A stretch of 64,000 nt of DNA. Origin: Candidatus Limnocylindria bacterium (lineage in GTDB: Bacteria > Chloroflexota > Limnocylindria > QHBO01). The notes beneath the pieces were generated by a model. The model was given only the letters and a program-made list of their open reading frames with translations, did no database searches and was not told the origin of the DNA. The translations under genes were made by a program, and so were the position numbers. Shown here piece after piece: positions 59,581 to 64,000 of the stretch (positions are counted from its first letter, which is position 1; the number at the start of each line of letters is the position of its first letter). The stretch lies in the NCBI GenBank assembly GCA_036397815.1, contig DASWIE010000003.1, forward strand, positions 277 to 64,276. Reading direction: 5' to 3'.

Positions 59581-59642
59581 GGGGCTCCATCCTCTGCGCC
59601 GAGGCGTGCTCGAAGCCGCCTTCGGCTACGATTGACGGACAG

Positions 59643-60953
59643 ATGCCTGACCGCGCTCGCATGATCGACCTCACCGCCCCCACCGAGCGCGCCTTCCTCA
59701 TCGGCCTGGACGACCCTCACGATGGCCGGTGGCCGATCGCGCGCAGCCTCGCTGAGCTCGCCGCCCTGGCGGAGACGGCGGGTGCAACGGTGGTGGGCAG
59801 CGCGTCGCAGCGTCGTGCCGCGCCGGATCCGGTGTGGTACTTCGGCAAGGGGCGAGCGAACGAGCTGGTCGACGAGAAGGCGGCCAGCGGGTTCAACCTG
59901 CTGATCGTCGACGATGAGCTGCGCCCGAACCAGCAGCGCAGCCTCGAGACGTTGCTGGACTGCAAGGTCCTGGACCGATCCGCCCTGATCATCGACATCT
60001 TTGCGCGGCACGCCCGGACGAAGGAGGGGCGGCTCCAGGTCGAGCTGGCCGCGCTCGAGTACCACCTGCCCCGCCTGACGCGGCTGTGGACCCACCTCTC
60101 GCGGACCGCGGGTGGGATCGGGACCCGGGGACCTGGCGAGAGCCAGTTGGAAACGGACCGGCGCATCATCCGCGAGAAGATCAAGAAGGTCCGCTCCGAG
60201 CTCGACGAGGTGAAGAGGCACCGCGCCACCGCCGCCCGGCAGCGCGACCGGAGCGAGGTCGCGACCGTCGCCCTGGTCGGTTACACCAACGCCGGCAAGA
60301 GCACGCTGCTCAACGCCCTGGCCGATGCCGACGTGTACGCCGCCGACATGCTGTTCGCCACGCTCGATCCCACCAGCCGCCAGGTGACCCTGCCGACCGG
60401 CCAGCGGGTGGTGGTGACCGATACGGTCGGCTTCATCAACAAGCTGCCGCACGACCTGGTTGAGGCATTCCGCGCCACGCTGGAGGAGGTGGTGCGTGCG
60501 GACCTGCTGCTGGAGGTGGTCGACGCGGCCGATCCCGACTTCATCGGGCAGCAGACGGCGGTGCAGACCGTGCTGAACGAGATCGGCGCCGGCGACAAGC
60601 CGCGGGTGACCGCCTTCAACAAGATCGACCTGCTCGACGCCGACCTTCGGCGCGACCCCGGGCCGCCGGGGCAAGGGGCCGCCTTCGTGAGCGCCGTCAC
60701 CGGCGAGGGGTTGGATGGACTGCTGACGCAGGTCGCCGATGCACTGCGAAGCGGGATGGTGGCGATCGACGAGGTCGTGCCCTGGGCGCGCGGCGAGCTG
60801 GTGGCCCGCGCCAAGGCGGCCGGCGACGTCGACGAGCGCTTCACCGATGTCGGCGTGCGCCTCTCCGGCCACCTTCCGGCGGCGATGGCCGCGGAAGTGC
60901 GCAACGCGGCGCCGAGCCGTCGCCGTCCCGCGTCGCGCGGCTCCAGCCTCTGA
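59643..60953 (+). CDS. hflX: GTPase HflX
   Basis: 436 aa; HflX N-domain, G motifs GYTNAGKSTL / DTVGF / NKID. Confidence 0.93.
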   Translation: MPDRARMIDLTAPTERAFLIGLDDPHDGRWPIARSLAELAALAETAGATVVGSASQRRAAPDPVWYFGKGRANELVDEKAASGFNLLIVDDELRPNQQRSLETLLDCKVLDRSALIIDIFARHARTKEGRLQVELAALEYHLPRLTRLWTHLSRTAGGIGTRGPGESQLETDRRIIREKIKKVRSELDEVKRHRATAARQRDRSEVATVALVGYTNAGKSTLLNALADADVYAADMLFATLDPTSRQVTLPTGQRVVVTDTVGFINKLPHDLVEAFRATLEEVVRADLLLEVVDAADPDFIGQQTAVQTVLNEIGAGDKPRVTAFNKIDLLDADLRRDPGPPGQGAAFVSAVTGEGLDGLLTQVADALRSGMVAIDEVVPWARGELVARAKAAGDVDERFTDVGVRLSGHLPAAMAAEVRNAAPSRRRPASRGSSL

Positions 60954-60967
60954 CCCGTCGCGCGCCG

Positions 60968-61945
60968 ATGGTCGCGGTCACGGCCGAGGCGATCCACGCC
61001 GCGTACGCACGCATCCCGGCCGCCTTCCGCGACACGCCGCAGTACGTGGCCGAGCCGCTCAGCGAGCGGCTCGGCGTGCCGGTGATGGTGAAGGTCGAGA
61101 CCGCCAACCCGATCGGGTGCTTCAAGGGACGCGGCACGTGGTTGGCGGTCAATGAGCTGGCCGCCGCCGGCGAGGTGGGGGAGAGCCGTGGCCTGGTCGT
61201 CGCGTCTGCCGGCAACTTCGGGCAGGGCGTCGCCTACGCCGCCCGCGAGCTCGGCATCCCGCTGGTCGTGTTCGCGGCCGCTACCGCCAGCCCCGTCAAG
61301 GTGGCCGCCATGCGCCGGCTCGGGGCCGAGGTGCGACTTGTGGGGGAGGACTTCGATGCTGCGGGCGCGGCCGCGGCGACCCACGTCGCCGAATCGGGAT
61401 GGCGGCTGCTGGTCGATGGCCAGGACCCGTGGACCACGATCGGGGCCGGCACCATGGCCTTGGAGCTGACCGATGCGGTGGAAGCCGGCGACCTGCCGGC
61501 GCTCGAGGCCCTGTACGTGCCAGTCGGCGACGGCGCGCTGATCGGCGGCATCGGCACCTGGCTGCGGCATGCCGCACCGGAGACCCGGGTGATCGGCATC
61601 CAGGCCAGCGAGGCCCCTGCGGTCACGCTGTCATGGCGGGCGGGGCATCCGATCGAGACGGAGCGCGCCGAGACGGTAGCCGACGGGCTCGCCGCGCGCG
61701 TCCCGCTACCGGAGGCGTTGGAGGTGATGCGGTCCTCGGTCGACGAGATGATGCTGGTCGAGGAGGACGCGATCCTGAACGCCCAGGCGGAGCTGAGCAC
61801 GGCGCTGCCGCTGGCGGTTGAAGCGTCGGCCGCGGTCGGATGGGCGGCGATGCGCGCCGCGGCGGCTCACACTGGAGCGGTGGGCCTGATCCTCACCGGT
61901 GGCAACGTCCCTCCCCCCGGAGGTCCGGACGTCAGCGCTGGGTGA
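60968..61945 (+). CDS. PLP-dependent threonine/serine dehydratase family enzyme (Trp-synthase-beta fold)
   Basis: 325 aa; KVETANPIGCFKGRG (PLP Lys), ASAGNFGQGVAYAA. Confidence 0.8.
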   Translation: MVAVTAEAIHAAYARIPAAFRDTPQYVAEPLSERLGVPVMVKVETANPIGCFKGRGTWLAVNELAAAGEVGESRGLVVASAGNFGQGVAYAARELGIPLVVFAAATASPVKVAAMRRLGAEVRLVGEDFDAAGAAAATHVAESGWRLLVDGQDPWTTIGAGTMALELTDAVEAGDLPALEALYVPVGDGALIGGIGTWLRHAAPETRVIGIQASEAPAVTLSWRAGHPIETERAETVADGLAARVPLPEALEVMRSSVDEMMLVEEDAILNAQAELSTALPLAVEASAAVGWAAMRAAAAHTGAVGLILTGGNVPPPGGPDVSAG

Positions 61946-62186
61946 GGGTCTGCGAGACGGTGTGGCGTGCGGCGGGGATGCGAGCCGGACGCGTCCGGCG
62001 GGCCAGGGTCTCGCGCAGCTTGAGCCCGGCGAGGAGGTAGAGCGCGCTGCCGGCCATCATCACGCCGTATCCGCCGGCTAGATTCAGGACGTCGTTACCG
62101 CCCACGATCCCCATCGCGGCCAATGCCACGCCTACGGCCAGGCCGGCCCAGCCGGCGGCCCAGAGCATCGGGTGGTGTTGCTTCAT
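61932..62186 (-). CDS. possible small membrane protein
   Basis: Two hydrophobic helices. No clear SD, and the 3' end overlaps the dehydratase gene by 14 nt. Confidence 0.35.
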   Translation of the reverse strand: MKQHHPMLWAAGWAGLAVGVALAAMGIVGGNDVLNLAGGYGVMMAGSALYLLAGLKLRETLARRTRPARIPAARHTVSQTLTQR

Positions 62187-62620
62187 GCCCACAGGCTAGA
62201 CCCGCGCCAGGGCCCTGCCATCCGCCCATCGGTCCCGTCCCAGCCCCGCCATTGGTCCGGTCCGGACAGTCCGTTGTTCGCCACACGAGCATTGGGCTAT
62301 CGAATCGCGCTCAGCGACCATCGTGGTGCGTCTTGTTGGTTAGCTCGTCCAGGATCAGCACGATGGCCGCCGCAACCCCCTCGGCCGCTTACGCCGTCGG
62401 TCGATCGTTGTATCGCTCCACGAACAATGGGTGCTTGGCCGATATGGCCGTTGAGCACTTCCCCAAAGATATGTTATGTGACGTAGACTCCGCCGGCCCA
62501 TGCCGTTCAAGTGCATCAATTTGACGTGACTCCGCTTGAACCGCGGCGCGAAGCGCCGGACACTCAGCGAATGGATGGCGGAAAGACCGGGCTTCGGCGC
62601 CGGGCAACCAAGGAGGACCG

Positions 62621-62950
62621 ATGCAGACGATCGGGATCGTTCTGAACGTTGGCAAGGACCAGGCCGATGAGTTCGAGCGCGGGTTTCGCGAGATGGAGGC
62701 GCCGATCTGGGCGGACCTGCACGCGCGCGGCGCGTTGACCATGGCGACGCTGACCCGGGTCGACATCAGCACGAAGAAGGTGGGTGGCGCCGCGCAGTAT
62801 CTCGTCGTCGCCATCTTCGCCACCGACGAGGGACATCATCTCCACGACCAGGATCCGCGCTTCGAGGCCTGGAACAAACGCGCGGACGCCTATCAGATCG
62901 AGGAGCCGTTCGTGTTCGGTGGCGACACCATCATCAGCGAGGGCCCATAG
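62621..62950 (+). CDS. hypothetical protein (109 aa)
   Basis: Strong SD AAGGAGGACCG before the ATG. No family recognised with confidence. Confidence 0.6.
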   Translation: MQTIGIVLNVGKDQADEFERGFREMEAPIWADLHARGALTMATLTRVDISTKKVGGAAQYLVVAIFATDEGHHLHDQDPRFEAWNKRADAYQIEEPFVFGGDTIISEGP

Positions 62951-63642
62951 TGCCGCCCGTCACCCAGCTCGATCTCGGCGATCACCGGGCAGTGATCGCT
63001 GCGTGACGAGGCGCAGGCGACAGTCAGCGAATTCACACCGATCGACGGTGATACGAACACGCGATCCAGCCGTAACACCGCAGGGAGCCACGGTACACCG
63101 ATGGGTCGCCAGGTCGCATCGGCACTCCCGACTGCCTCTGCCGCATCGAGCAGGCCATCGAGGCGCCAGCTGACTGCGTTGAAGTCCCCCGCCACGACCA
63201 TTTGTTGACCGGGTGCGCTCTGCTCCGCCAGCCAGACGGTGAGATCCGCCAGCTGTCGATTTCGGGGACCGGCGTGCAGGAACGGCACGGGCATTGGTGC
63301 CTTGGCGTGGACGCAGACGGCCAGCAGCTCGCCACGCGCGTGCGCCACGCTCGCCACCAGGATGCGCGGCCGATCCCAGATGTCGGGGGCGAGCCGCAAG
63401 GTCGATGCGCGACGCAGCGGCAGGCGGCTGAGGATCGCCATCCCGGGCCAGCTGCCGGCCGCCCCATCGGTGTAGGAGTGCGCGAGCCAGTCTGCGTTGG
63501 ACGGCTCAGCCGCCAGGGCGGAGGCATCGGCCTCCTGCAGGAAGACGAGATCCGGCTGATGGCGAGCCAAGACAGCGGAGAGGCCGACCTGCTCGGCCGC
63601 CTGCCCCTGCAGGTTCCACGTCAGGACCGTGAGGGGCGCCAC
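62893..63642 (-). CDS. endonuclease/exonuclease/phosphatase (EEP) family protein
   Basis: 249 aa; TWNLQG, DLVFLQE, GDFN, SDHCPV. The GTG start is coupled to the upstream stop (TGAGGAGGTG). Confidence 0.85.
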   Translation of the reverse strand: MAPLTVLTWNLQGQAAEQVGLSAVLARHQPDLVFLQEADASALAAEPSNADWLAHSYTDGAAGSWPGMAILSRLPLRRASTLRLAPDIWDRPRILVASVAHARGELLAVCVHAKAPMPVPFLHAGPRNRQLADLTVWLAEQSAPGQQMVVAGDFNAVSWRLDGLLDAAEAVGSADATWRPIGVPWLPAVLRLDRVFVSPSIGVNSLTVACASSRSDHCPVIAEIELGDGRHYGPSLMMVSPPNTNGSSI

Positions 63643-63646
63643 CTCC

Positions 63647-64000
63647 TCAGCGCTCGGCCTGGACTCCCAGCGTCACGGCAGCCGCGATCACCGCGACCGC
63701 CAGCGCCACCGCGTCCGCGGCCGTGAGTGCCGCGTCGCCGCCGAAGTACTGCGTCGCGCCACTCGGGATGACGCCCAGGATTGGCGGCACCACGATCCAG
63801 CCCAGCACCAGCACGGTCGGCGCCATGGCGCCCGGCAGCCGCATCGAGCGGGTGACCACCGCGGTCAGCAGCCCCAGGAAGGCCGCCAGCAGCAGGATCA
63901 GCACCACGGCCGGCTGATCCTTGGCGCCGGAGGCCTCCACCAGCCGCACCAGCCCCTGACCCACGATGGCCACCCCCAGCGCCAGGACAGTGGCCACGAT
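63647..64000 (-). CDS. membrane protein, probably continuing beyond the window edge
   Basis: ORF 63647..63997, hydrophobic throughout. The frame is still open at the window end. Confidence 0.5.
   Translation of the reverse strand: MVATVLALGVAIVGQGLVRLVEASGAKDQPAVVLILLLAAFLGLLTAVVTRSMRLPGAMAPTVLVLGWIVVPPILGVIPSGATQYFGGDAALTAADAVALAVAVIAAAVTLGVQAER

Overview
This is a 64-kb chromosomal window from a very high-GC bacterium. RNase Y-YmdB and CvpA-MutS2 synteny, strong GGAGG Shine-Dalgarno sites and an F420-type LLM oxidoreductase suggest Chloroflexota/Thermomicrobia-like or a related lineage, by inference only. Coding density is high and mostly housekeeping. Translation genes are thrS, infC-rpmI-rplT, pheS-pheT, tyrS and an EF-G2-like paralog. 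DNA repair and recombination genes are mpg, mutS2, ruvC-ruvA, ruvB and recA-recX. tRNA modification genes are queA, tgt and miaA. Also present are rny-ymdB, hflX, a PBP1A, two GGDEF-EAL proteins and a zinc-ribbon cyclase-STAND-TPR protein. A roughly 11-kb purine/urate catabolic island lies at 28.6-39.1 kb: uricase, OHCU decarboxylase, HIU hydrolase, hydantoinase-family amidohydrolase, malate synthase and a three-subunit xanthine-dehydrogenase-type molybdoenzyme. mocA and an NCS2 purine permease lie nearby. The most unusual signal is not a gene. It is a ~155-bp palindromic, MITE-like repeat family that I do not recognise. There are four canonical copies (2873-3028, 28424-28568, 44487-44641, 59427-59580) and several decayed copies, most of them right after stop codons. 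One canonical copy forms the 3' end of an HTH + PD-(D/E)xK-like gene (43840-44664). A truncated paralog of that gene (22576-22929) is also followed by a decayed copy, so this protein is a candidate cognate partner. Two oppositely oriented copies bracket a ~16-kb block that separates ruvC-ruvA from ruvB. No rRNA, tRNA, CRISPR array or recognisable riboswitch was found. All homology calls come from reading the translated ORFs by eye. No database search was run.
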